Of a stretch of 49,827 nt of DNA, positions 34,880 to 42,492 are shown piece by piece. Within the stretch, counting starts at the first letter, position 1; every line of letters begins with the position of its first letter. Made by a program: the position numbers and the translations under genes. The DNA lies in NCBI GenBank assembly GCA_025059915.1, contig JANXDD010000001.1, positions 1 through 49,827 of the forward strand. Reading direction: 5' to 3'. The DNA comes from Bacteroidia bacterium (GTDB taxonomy: Bacteria > Bacteroidota > Bacteroidia > SpSt-205). A model generated the notes under the pieces. That model was not told the DNA's origin. It searched no databases and worked only from the letters and a program-made list of their open reading frames with translations.

Positions 34880-37132
34880 ATGCGCTACCTCTTCTTCATA
34901 GTAGGCTTTCTCCTGTATGCCCAATCCCATCGGTGTGGTACGATGGAGAGGCTTCGCTACCTTTTGGAGAAAGACCCCTCTATTGCCCAACGCATGGCCG
35001 CTGTAGAAGCCCAAACCCAAGCCTACATTGAACAAATCCAAAGGGAGCCCCACCTCCGCACCAATAATGTCATTACTATCCCCGTCGTCGTTCATATCGT
35101 CTATCGCACCCCAGCAGAAAATATCTCTGATGCCCAAGTGCAGTCCCAGATAGAGGTTCTCAATGAGGACTTCCGTCGCTTGAATGCTGACAGAATCTAT
35201 ACACCCCCTCTTTTCGCTAATGTAGCGGCCGATGCAGAGATACAGTTTTGTTTAGCCACCCGAGACCCCCAAGGTAATCCTACAACTGGCATTACCCGCA
35301 CCCAGACGACTAAGACTTCATTTGATCCCTACTCGGATGATGTAAAGTACTCTAGCCGTGGCGGCAAAGATGCCTGGCCCACTGACCAATACCTCAATAT
35401 TTGGGTGTGCAATCTAAGTGGAAACCTTCTTGGATATGCTCAGTTTCCTGGGGGCGGTCCTTCCGCAGAGGACGGCGTGGTTATCAACTACCGCTACTTT
35501 GGGCGAGGGGGAAGCGCTCAAGCCCCCTTCAATAAAGGACGCACAGCTACTCATGAAGTAGGACACTGGCTCAACCTCCGCCATATCTGGGGAGATGCCC
35601 AGTGCGGCGACGATTACGTATCCGATACCCCTACTCAAGAAAGAGCTAACTACGGCTGCCCTACCTTCCCTCATCCTACCTGTGGAAATACGAGCGACAT
35701 GTTCATGAACTACATGGACTACACCGATGATGCCTGCATGAACCTTTTCACTCAAGGGCAAAAGCTCCGAATGCGGGCAGTTCTGAGCCCTACGGGTTAT
35801 CGGGCGGGCCTTCTTACTTCGCAGGGGTGCGCTGCGCCCGGCAGCTGCAGTGGGACCGTTACTCTTTCTGCTGCTTCCGGCTCTTTCTCTGACGGTAGTG
35901 GAAACTACTCTAATAACGCGGATTGTAGATGGCTTATTCAGCCTCCCAATGCCACCAGTATCACCCTCTCCTTTCAGAGCTTCAATCTTCTACCGGGCGA
36001 CTCGGTCATCATCTATGATGGAAGCACTACTAGTGCTCCCCGCTTAGGGGCCTATTCTGGAAGCAATTTACCCCCTACCCGCACATCCTCAGGAGGTACG
36101 ATGCTGGTTCGCCTCAAAACCGATGCCAGTGGAACTGCCGCCGGCTTCGTTGCTAACTACACCGCTCAAGCTCCTACCTTCTGCGGAGGAACCGAGGTCT
36201 TAACCCAAAGCAGTGGCAGCTTCTCTGATGGTAGCGGACCTAATAACTACCGAAATGACGCAGATTGCCGCTGGATTATTCGCCCGGGTCAAGGAGCAGG
36301 CATCCGTATTCAATTTTCTCAGTTCAACACGGAAGCTCAATACGACTTTGTAACTATCTACGACGGTCCCCAAATAGATTCCCGCTATATGGTGCGTCGG
36401 TTTTCTGGCAGTTCCCTTCCTCCTGTAGTAACGACATCTATACCAGAAGCTACGGTGTATTTCACGACGGATGAGAGCGTTACGGCGCCTGGATGGAGCC
36501 TGAACTACACTACCATAAGTGCGCCGTATTGCAGCGGTACTACTGTCCTCACTGCTCCTTCTGGTACCATCTCAGATGGCAGTGACGTAAGCGATTACAC
36601 TAATCGGACTTCCTGTCGGTGGCTTATTCAGCCGCCGGGAGCTACCTATATAACTTTGAGATTTACCGAATTTGCCACAGAAGCCAACTATGACTTTGTG
36701 CGGATATATGATGGGGCGACAACTTCCGCACCACTTTTGGGCTCATACAGTGGAAATACTCTTCCACCTCCCATTACTGCAAGTAGTGGGAAAATGCTTA
36801 TTGTTTTCACCTCCGACAGCTCTATCACGCGAGCAGGCTGGGCAGCCTCTTACACAAGCAGTACTGCGCCGACAGCCCTAAGTGCTGATGACCATCCTCT
36901 TGCGAAGGTGCGCTTCTACCCCGTACCTGCCCGAGATAGGCTCTGGATTAGCTTGCCCGAACATACTTCCGCGGAGATGCGAATCTATGATGCCCAAGGA
37001 CGCTTGGTATGGCAAGACACCATAGAGGGTGGAGAAACAGCTATACCTTTGGAGAAGTGGGCGAACGGGTTATATTTAGCTGTCCTGCACCGAGATGGAT
37101 ATACCGTGAGCTTCCGCTTCCTGCATGAGTAG
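34880..37132 (+). CDS. Secreted M43 (pappalysin/ulilysin-type) metzincin with three CUB domains and a T9SS type-A C-terminal sorting domain
   Basis: 750 aa with a signal peptide (FLLYA|QS). Metzincin motif HEVGHWLNLRHIWGD. Three ~110-aa CUB-like repeats (CRW.I.P......I...F..F.TE..YDFV.IYDG...S..LG.YSG..LPP). C-terminus FYPVPARDRLWISL...GLYLAVL...F matches the T9SS CTD pattern. Confidence 0.9.
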   Translation: MRYLFFIVGFLLYAQSHRCGTMERLRYLLEKDPSIAQRMAAVEAQTQAYIEQIQREPHLRTNNVITIPVVVHIVYRTPAENISDAQVQSQIEVLNEDFRRLNADRIYTPPLFANVAADAEIQFCLATRDPQGNPTTGITRTQTTKTSFDPYSDDVKYSSRGGKDAWPTDQYLNIWVCNLSGNLLGYAQFPGGGPSAEDGVVINYRYFGRGGSAQAPFNKGRTATHEVGHWLNLRHIWGDAQCGDDYVSDTPTQERANYGCPTFPHPTCGNTSDMFMNYMDYTDDACMNLFTQGQKLRMRAVLSPTGYRAGLLTSQGCAAPGSCSGTVTLSAASGSFSDGSGNYSNNADCRWLIQPPNATSITLSFQSFNLLPGDSVIIYDGSTTSAPRLGAYSGSNLPPTRTSSGGTMLVRLKTDASGTAAGFVANYTAQAPTFCGGTEVLTQSSGSFSDGSGPNNYRNDADCRWIIRPGQGAGIRIQFSQFNTEAQYDFVTIYDGPQIDSRYMVRRFSGSSLPPVVTTSIPEATVYFTTDESVTAPGWSLNYTTISAPYCSGTTVLTAPSGTISDGSDVSDYTNRTSCRWLIQPPGATYITLRFTEFATEANYDFVRIYDGATTSAPLLGSYSGNTLPPPITASSGKMLIVFTSDSSITRAGWAASYTSSTAPTALSADDHPLAKVRFYPVPARDRLWISLPEHTSAEMRIYDAQGRLVWQDTIEGGETAIPLEKWANGLYLAVLHRDGYTVSFRFLHE
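35846..36859 (+). repeat. Three tandem CUB-domain coding repeats (protein-level repeat, ~330 nt each)
   Basis: Protein residues ~323-428, 435-545 and 551-660 align to one another, with the Cys, CRW, IYDG and SG..LPP positions conserved. Confidence 0.8.
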
Positions 37133-38089
37133 GCGCAAAATAGGAGCCGGTAGAGCATAAGAGGTCAGTTCCGACCATGGGATAAGCTTAGTCGCAGGAG
37201 GGGGCTCTTTTTGGACTTCAATATATCCCACAAACCGAAAGTGCTTCAGCTCATGAAGGATATCAGGCTTTCGCGGACTTTGCTCCGAGACTTCATGTAT
37301 CGGAAGGGACCAGAGACCGCCCCAGAGCCCCCGAAGAGGACGCCGCTCAAGCCATACGCCAATAGAATTTTCACACAAGCTCAGAAGGAAATAGCGAATG
37401 GGCTTTTCTCGGGGAAGTCGGCGAGGAGGAAAAGCCTCCGGCGTGCCGGCGTGAAGAGCTTTACACTCAGAAGCAAGAGGACAAAAAAGGCACTTAGGAC
37501 GACGCGGTGTGCATATCAGCTGAGCTAAGTCCATGAAAGCATACGCTACCTCTCGCTTTTTCCAGGAGGAGGGGAGGGCATCGGCTTTCTCTTGATAAAG
37601 GGCTCGGTCATTAGATGCTATTCCCCACAACCGGCTTAGGACCCGTAGGACATTCCCGTCGACTGGAAGGAACCCCCTCCATCCTGTGAAGCTCAGAATC
37701 GCCCGTGCCGTATAAGGACCAATACCTGGCAAACTCTCTAAAAGCTTAAGAGGGTCAGGAGAGGCCCTAACTGCTTCCCATCCGCCGAGCCAGTGGAGCT
37801 GGCGAGCCGCCCGATGAAGATTGTGAGCTCGTTGGTAGTAACCCAATCCCTGCCACACTGCTAAAACCGCCTCTATCGGCGCTTCTGCAAGTGCCTCTAG
37901 CGTAGGAAACCGCTCAAAAAACCTTGCTATGCGCCCTTGAGCTTGAGCTATCCGCGTCTGCTGAAGAAGCGTCTCTATAACCCAAATATGATAGGGTTCC
38001 TGCCCTTCTCGCCAAGGCAAATATCGCCCGTAGGCTTTATACCATCTCAGAAGAACTGACAAGAGCTCACTGTTCAGCTCCTCTTGCAT
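37076..38089 (-). CDS. mutY: A/G-specific adenine DNA glycosylase
   Basis: 337 aa. HhH-GPD motif LPGIGPYTARAI, 4Fe-4S loop CTPRRPKCLFCPLASEC and a C-terminal NUDIX-like domain. The 3' end overlaps the M43 gene by 57 nt. Confidence 0.9.
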   Translation of the reverse strand: MQEELNSELLSVLLRWYKAYGRYLPWREGQEPYHIWVIETLLQQTRIAQAQGRIARFFERFPTLEALAEAPIEAVLAVWQGLGYYQRAHNLHRAARQLHWLGGWEAVRASPDPLKLLESLPGIGPYTARAILSFTGWRGFLPVDGNVLRVLSRLWGIASNDRALYQEKADALPSSWKKREVAYAFMDLAQLICTPRRPKCLFCPLASECKALHAGTPEAFPPRRLPREKPIRYFLLSLCENSIGVWLERRPLRGLWGGLWSLPIHEVSEQSPRKPDILHELKHFRFVGYIEVQKEPPPATKLIPWSELTSYALPAPILRLLMQEAEAHGISISVQDS

Positions 38090-38944
38090 TTTCTGCGGGC
38101 TCCGCCCAAAGGTAGCCTACATTTTCCACATCTGTCCGGCAAGCCTTTTCGCATATACGATATCCAACTTCTCGGAGCACAGCCTCTACTCTTTCCCACG
38201 TCCCATGAACCTCCAACCATAGGGTAGGACCAAACCTTTGTAAAGTTTGCCGAGCTCCTTGTAATACCAGCTCTTCCGCCCCTTCCACATCTATTTTCAT
38301 CCAATCCAGCCTATTCAGCCCATACATCTCCGTTAGTTTATCTATGGGGAATGCGGGCACCTCACCCTTATGAGAGAGAAGGACTCATGGGCTCCAGCCA
38401 GACCCTCAATCTTCAGCCGAGCAGCTTCATGCCATGCGGCCCCATATATGGGAAAAAAGCGCTGACAAGCGGAAAAAGTTGAAATATTTTGCAAAAGGTA
38501 TCGATAATTTTCGTAGCTTGCTTCTATGAGAAAAACCTCACAATCAGTCGGCATAAACCTCGCATGGTAAAGGCTCCAGTAGCCCCGATGAGCTCCCACA
38601 TCTAAACCAACTTTGCCCTTTGACAAGGCACCAAGCCAGCTCTGGGGAAATGCATCGCCCTGAGAAGTAGCAATAAACCACACAAGAGCTGTGCTATCCA
38701 CTAACGGACCTTCGTCGTAACGGTACTTGCGATTATGAAGAGGAATCGGCCAAGTTATCCAGTGCTTTGAAGGGTTTTGCATCAGTCTATTCCATGTCTC
38801 TGGCCCTTTACCAAATCGGAATTCATACCACCATCGTCTAGGCAGCCAAAATGCCCCGTTTATCCATAGCGCAAGCGTGTCTATCCATCTCTCCCCTCGG
38901 ATCTTCAAGAAATCCCTTACCATATTAGGGCTACACTTCCCCAC
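38067..38944 (-). pseudogene. FkbM-family SAM methyltransferase split by a frameshift (ORFs 38342-38944 and 38067-38360)
   Basis: The upstream ORF carries the SAM-binding half (VGLDVGAHRGYWS...VFLIEAS.ENY). The downstream ORF carries the conserved C-terminal half (IDKL....LDWMKIDVEGAEELVLQGA). The two frames meet near 38360-38372 around a ggg run. Confidence 0.7.
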
Positions 38945-39903
38945 GTGAAGCCAGAACCAAACGCAGCCAGAATCACCTTATCCCCTGCTTTTAGGCGCCC
39001 CTCTGCCTGTGCCTCATAGAGGCAAATCGGAATGCTTGCTGCAGTAGTATTGCCATATTTGTGGATATTGTTGAAAAACTTCTCCATCGGCAGCTGGAAA
39101 AAATCCGCAACAGCCTGCACTATTCGGATATTAGCTTGATGAAGGATGAATAAATCTACTTCTTCGGGCTTCCAGCCCTGAGCAGAAAGGGCCACTTGTA
39201 CGGCTTCGCCCATACGCTGAACTGCATGACGAAAAACCTCTTTACCATTCATATACGGACGCATGCCGTAACTCCCAGGAAGCTCATGGCTCCGAGTCGC
39301 AGAGGAAGGCTCTGCTATGCAAAGTTCCATGGCATAAGCCCCTTGACTGTATAAGTGAGAAGAGAGAATCCCGCGGTTAGGGTCTTCGGTGGCTTCTACA
39401 ACAACTGCCCCTGCCCCATCCCCAAAGAGCACACCCACGGTTCGCCCCTCAGGATTGTAATCCAGCCAGGTAGACTGAATCTCTGCTCCTACTAAGAGGA
39501 TACGACGATACATCCCCGAGCGAATAAACTGATCCGCAATGCTTAGCCCATATACAAACCCTGAGCACTGCTGCCGAATGTCCAGAGCAGGCGTAGTCTC
39601 TAACCCCAGCTTATGCTGCAAAAGCACCCCCGAACCGGGAAAATACAAATCTGGACTAAGGGTAGCAAAAATTATCAGGTCTATATCTTGAGGGCTGAGC
39701 CCTGCTTGCTGTAGAGCTTCTTGGGAGGCATACAATCCAAGCTCAGCTGTACTGGCTGGCTCCTCCACCCAGCGCCTTTCTTTGATGCCAGAGCGCGTGT
39801 AGATCCATTCATCACTGGTATCGTACCAGGCTTTGAGATCGTCGTTTTTGACAACCTTAGGAGGCACGTACATGCCTACCCCAGAGATGTAAGCCCTCGG
39901 CAT
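38917..39903 (-). CDS. fabH: Beta-ketoacyl-ACP synthase III
   Basis: ATG 39903 gives MPRAYISGVGMYVPP. Catalytic triad contexts are QQCSGFVYGL, ILHQANIRI and YGNTTAASIP. Confidence 0.9.
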   Translation of the reverse strand: MPRAYISGVGMYVPPKVVKNDDLKAWYDTSDEWIYTRSGIKERRWVEEPASTAELGLYASQEALQQAGLSPQDIDLIIFATLSPDLYFPGSGVLLQHKLGLETTPALDIRQQCSGFVYGLSIADQFIRSGMYRRILLVGAEIQSTWLDYNPEGRTVGVLFGDGAGAVVVEATEDPNRGILSSHLYSQGAYAMELCIAEPSSATRSHELPGSYGMRPYMNGKEVFRHAVQRMGEAVQVALSAQGWKPEEVDLFILHQANIRIVQAVADFFQLPMEKFFNNIHKYGNTTAASIPICLYEAQAEGRLKAGDKVILAAFGSGFTWGSVALIW

Positions 39904-39906
39904 ACC

Positions 39907-39914
39907 CAAAAGTA
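39907..39914 (-). promoter_or_regulatory. Candidate -7 promoter box (TACTTTTG) for fabH
   Basis: Exact TAnnTTTG on the minus strand, 3 nt upstream of ATG 39903. Confidence 0.5.
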
Positions 39915-39929
39915 CGACTAAAAAAATGC

Positions 39930-39937
39930 GACCTTTG
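39930..39937 (+). promoter_or_regulatory. Candidate -7 box (one mismatch, GACCTTTG) for rpiB
   Basis: 7/8 match to TAnnTTTG, 3 nt upstream of ATG 39941. Confidence 0.4.
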
Positions 39938-39940
39938 AAC

Positions 39941-40372
39941 ATGCGCATCTGGATAGCCAGTGATCACGCTGGCTTTTTACTCAAGACTCACCTCAAAGCT
40001 TGGCTCACAAGCAAAGGCTATGAAGTAGTAGATATCGGCACTCATTCAGAGGAGAGTACGGATTACCCGCTATGGGTTCATCGGCTGGCTCAGAGCTTCC
40101 CTCCCGAAGAAAGAGGAATTCTCATCTGCGGCACAGGCAATGGCGTGTGTATGACTGCTAACCGTTATTCTCATCTGAGAGCCGCCTTAGCTTGGAATGC
40201 CGAAATAGCGCGTCTGGCTCGCGCCCATAATGATGCAAATATTTTGTGCCTACCTGGGCGATTTATTTCTTCAGAAGAAGCCGAAAAAGCTGTGGAGGCC
40301 TTTCTTCAAACGCCATTTGAAGGGGGGCGACACGAGCGCCGCATTAGCCAAATCAATCAGCTTTCTATATGA
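39941..40372 (+). CDS. rpiB: Ribose-5-phosphate isomerase B
   Basis: ATG 39941 gives MRIWIASDHAGF. RpiB/LacAB motif ILICGTGNGVCMTANR. Confidence 0.9.
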   Translation: MRIWIASDHAGFLLKTHLKAWLTSKGYEVVDIGTHSEESTDYPLWVHRLAQSFPPEERGILICGTGNGVCMTANRYSHLRAALAWNAEIARLARAHNDANILCLPGRFISSEEAEKAVEAFLQTPFEGGRHERRISQINQLSI

Positions 40373-41382
40373 GGCTCCTCCTATGCATCAGTGGATTATA
40401 TGCTCAGACCCTTTTGCTGGATAAACTTCCTTTGGGACCGTTAGACACCTTGGCGATAAAATCTTTTCATGCCTCTGTCTCCAAGTCAGAGCTGCAGGGA
40501 CATCTTTACTTCCTTGCCAGTGATGAATTAGCTGGGCGCGAGGCGGGAACACTATATGAGAAAGTCGCCGCAGCTTACCTTATTGCTCAGCATCGCCGCT
40601 ATGGAAACGAGCCCTTTCTCCCTAATGGATACATTCATGCTTTTCCCTTACACTCCTCTCGGCATGAGAGGAAAGCCAGCCGAGAGAAGAAGTCCGCTTC
40701 TGAGCCTACTCCAGACACACCCATAGCATGGAACGTGCTGGCATGCCGGCGGGGAAGTATTTTCCCCAGCGAGTATGTGATCATTTCTGCTCATTACGAC
40801 CACATTGGGCAGACAAACGCCGGCGAAGTATATAACGGGGCAGATGATAACAGCTCTGGTACCGCTGTCCTTTTGGAAGTGGCGCGGCTTATAAGCCTTC
40901 TGCCGCCGCCGAAACGTACGATTGTATTTTTTCATACCACTGCTGAGGAAAAAGGACTCTTAGGGGCAATGCGCTTCGTGAAGGATTCTTTAGTACCGTT
41001 AGATTCCATTGTTGCCGTCCTCAATGCAGACATGTTGGGGCGCACTGATACGCTTCATCCGCCGGATGCGCCTTATTTGTATGCAATTGGCAGTGAAAAA
41101 GCTACTCCCCGCCTCAAAACTCTCCAAGAAGCAGTTAATAATCTCTGCTGCGGCTGGCTACTGGATTATCGCTATGATGACCCTAAAGACCCGCAGCGGC
41201 TGTTTTACCGCAGTGATCATTATGCCTTCGCCAAACATGGAGTGCCAGTTGCATTTTACTTTGGAGGCCTCCATGAGGATTACCACAAAACAGGAGATGA
41301 TGTGGAGAAAATAAACTTTGACAGACTCGCCCGAGCGGTGGCGTTTATCGCCAGTTTAGCATGGACTTTGGCGAACTTATAG
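40369..41382 (+). CDS. Secreted M28-family aminopeptidase
   Basis: 337 aa with a signal peptide (CISGLYA|QT). Zn-ligand motifs SAHYDHIG, NGADDNSSGTAVLLEVAR, TAEEKGLLG and SDHYAFAKHGVP. ATGA overlap with rpiB. Confidence 0.85.
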   Translation: MRLLLCISGLYAQTLLLDKLPLGPLDTLAIKSFHASVSKSELQGHLYFLASDELAGREAGTLYEKVAAAYLIAQHRRYGNEPFLPNGYIHAFPLHSSRHERKASREKKSASEPTPDTPIAWNVLACRRGSIFPSEYVIISAHYDHIGQTNAGEVYNGADDNSSGTAVLLEVARLISLLPPPKRTIVFFHTTAEEKGLLGAMRFVKDSLVPLDSIVAVLNADMLGRTDTLHPPDAPYLYAIGSEKATPRLKTLQEAVNNLCCGWLLDYRYDDPKDPQRLFYRSDHYAFAKHGVPVAFYFGGLHEDYHKTGDDVEKINFDRLARAVAFIASLAWTLANL

Positions 41383-41676
41383 AATGCCACCTTCCGCAAG
41401 CCTAAATCACTCTCAAAACTCCTTTGGAGCACTCTACTTCCCCCTTTCAATTCCAGCGCAGCTTCACCTCTAAGTACGCTCCCGCTGACGTGAGTCATGG
41501 GAACCTCTGAGCCGAAAGTATCCACTCCCATCCCCTGTCTGCAAATGGCTACATCCAACTGACTGATACCCTCCGTGATATAGGGCTTTCTTGTCTCCGT
41601 ATGTTATGACCTTAGTGTGCTGCAGGCAATCTCTCTTAGGAAAGAGACGGCTTTTCTCGGAGGTTCAAAATTCTTT

Positions 41677-42369
41677 TCATCCTCTCGCCCACAATGCGAA
41701 AATGCTCACCAGTACAGACACTACTGTAAAACCTATTGTGCTGACCCATAGTACAGTCCGAAATCGCCGATCTATCTCTTCCCGCTGCTCGGCAAAACGC
41801 TTATCTATCTCGCCCTTCTGCTCGGCAAGCGCCCTCATCACCAGCTCAAAGCGGGCATTCATCTCTTCCCTCACCTCCGCAAAGCGCCTATCCATCTCTG
41901 CCTTCTGCTCAGCAAACCTCCGGTCCATCTCTGCCCTCTGCTCAGCAAAGCGCTGATCCATGTACTCCCGCTGCTCATTCAGCATCCGCACCACCACCTC
42001 AAACCTCCTATTCATATCCTCCCTCACCTCCGCAAAGCGCCGATCCATCTCTGCCTTCTGCTCTGCAAAGCGCCTGTCCATCTCCGCCCTCTGCTCCGAC
42101 AAAAGCCGCGCCACCCACTCAAACCGCCTCTCCAGCTCCTCCCTCAGCAGCGTAAAATACCGCTCCTGAAATGCTCGCTCCGCCTCAAACCGCTGCCCCA
42201 CCTCTTCCCCAAATGCCCTGAGTGCCACCTCCACCCGCTCTAAGCGCTGAAGCAGGACATCCTCCCCAGAGCTGGGTCTGCTCAAAAGCTCTAGCAAAAA
42301 CTCTAAAAACGCATCATCCACCTGCACACCACGCCGCCGAGCAAGCTCTCTCAGCTCAGAGAGGGTCAC
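41677..42369 (-). CDS. Tail-anchored coiled-coil protein built from 11-residue (RFAEQ.AEMDR) repeats
   Basis: 230 aa with a GTG start that lies 5 nt after an exact TAnnTTTG box. The N-terminal LSELRELARRRGVQV is HeH/SAP-like. Eleven RF-initiated units of 11, 18 or 22 residues follow, the last running into the tail anchor, then a single C-terminal TM helix (VLWVSTIGFTVVSVLVSIFALW). Confidence 0.7.
   Translation of the reverse strand: MTLSELRELARRRGVQVDDAFLEFLLELLSRPSSGEDVLLQRLERVEVALRAFGEEVGQRFEAERAFQERYFTLLREELERRFEWVARLLSEQRAEMDRRFAEQKAEMDRRFAEVREDMNRRFEVVVRMLNEQREYMDQRFAEQRAEMDRRFAEQKAEMDRRFAEVREEMNARFELVMRALAEQKGEIDKRFAEQREEIDRRFRTVLWVSTIGFTVVSVLVSIFALWARG
41760..42180 (-). repeat. Intragenic tandem repeats (33-nt unit nested in a 153-nt super-repeat)
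   Basis: 41871-41953 and 42024-42106 are about 90% identical by eye (tcacctccgcaaagcgcc.atccatctctgccttctgctc...). The 33-nt period corresponds to the 11-aa repeat. Confidence 0.75.
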
Positions 42370-42374
42370 CTTTA

Positions 42375-42382
42375 CAAAGATA
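42375..42382 (-). promoter_or_regulatory. Candidate -7 promoter box (TATCTTTG) for the repeat-protein gene
   Basis: Exact TAnnTTTG on the minus strand, 5 nt upstream of GTG 42369. Confidence 0.5.
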
Positions 42383-42492
42383 CTCAGAAAAACCTCATCA
42401 GTTGCCCTACTGACATCATGGATACAGATTGGAGTTCATCATCATACTCCTTGGAGGAAAGGGTTGCTTCCGCCTTTCGATAGCTGGCCCGA

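Noticed and set aside
34835-35137. 101-codon N-terminal extension of the M16 peptidase ORF (ORF-track start 35137).
   Set aside because: It would overlap the divergent M43 gene and its promoter. ATG 34834 gives a proper signal peptide and lies 4 nt after an exact TAnnTTTG box.
38340-38372. Programmed ribosomal frameshift in the FkbM gene.
   Set aside because: There is no slippery heptamer or downstream structure that I can see. A simple indel (pseudogene or sequencing error) is more parsimonious, and it is reported as such.
39904-39948. Longer starts for fabH (39948) and rpiB (39926) that would make the two divergent genes overlap.
   Set aside because: The conserved N-termini begin at 39903 (MPRAYISGVG) and 39941 (MRIWIASDHAG), and each lies 3 nt after a -7-like box.
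41280-41558. 92-aa minus-strand ORF in the 294-nt gap.
   Set aside because: It has a TTG start, overlaps the M28 peptidase 3' end by ~100 nt, and has no motif or promoter box, so it is probably spurious.
41591-42169. Plus-strand ORFs (121 and 69 aa; repetitive SAKRLSISAFCSA...) antisense to the repeat-protein gene.
   Set aside because: They are mirror-image artefacts of the 33-nt repeats. The promoter box and TM tail support the minus-strand frame.
42455-42480. GGAGGAAAGGG... resembling the conserved 5' GAGGAAAGUCC of RNase P RNA.
   Set aside because: The match is only partial, and none of the other RNase P conserved regions or pairings are present nearby.
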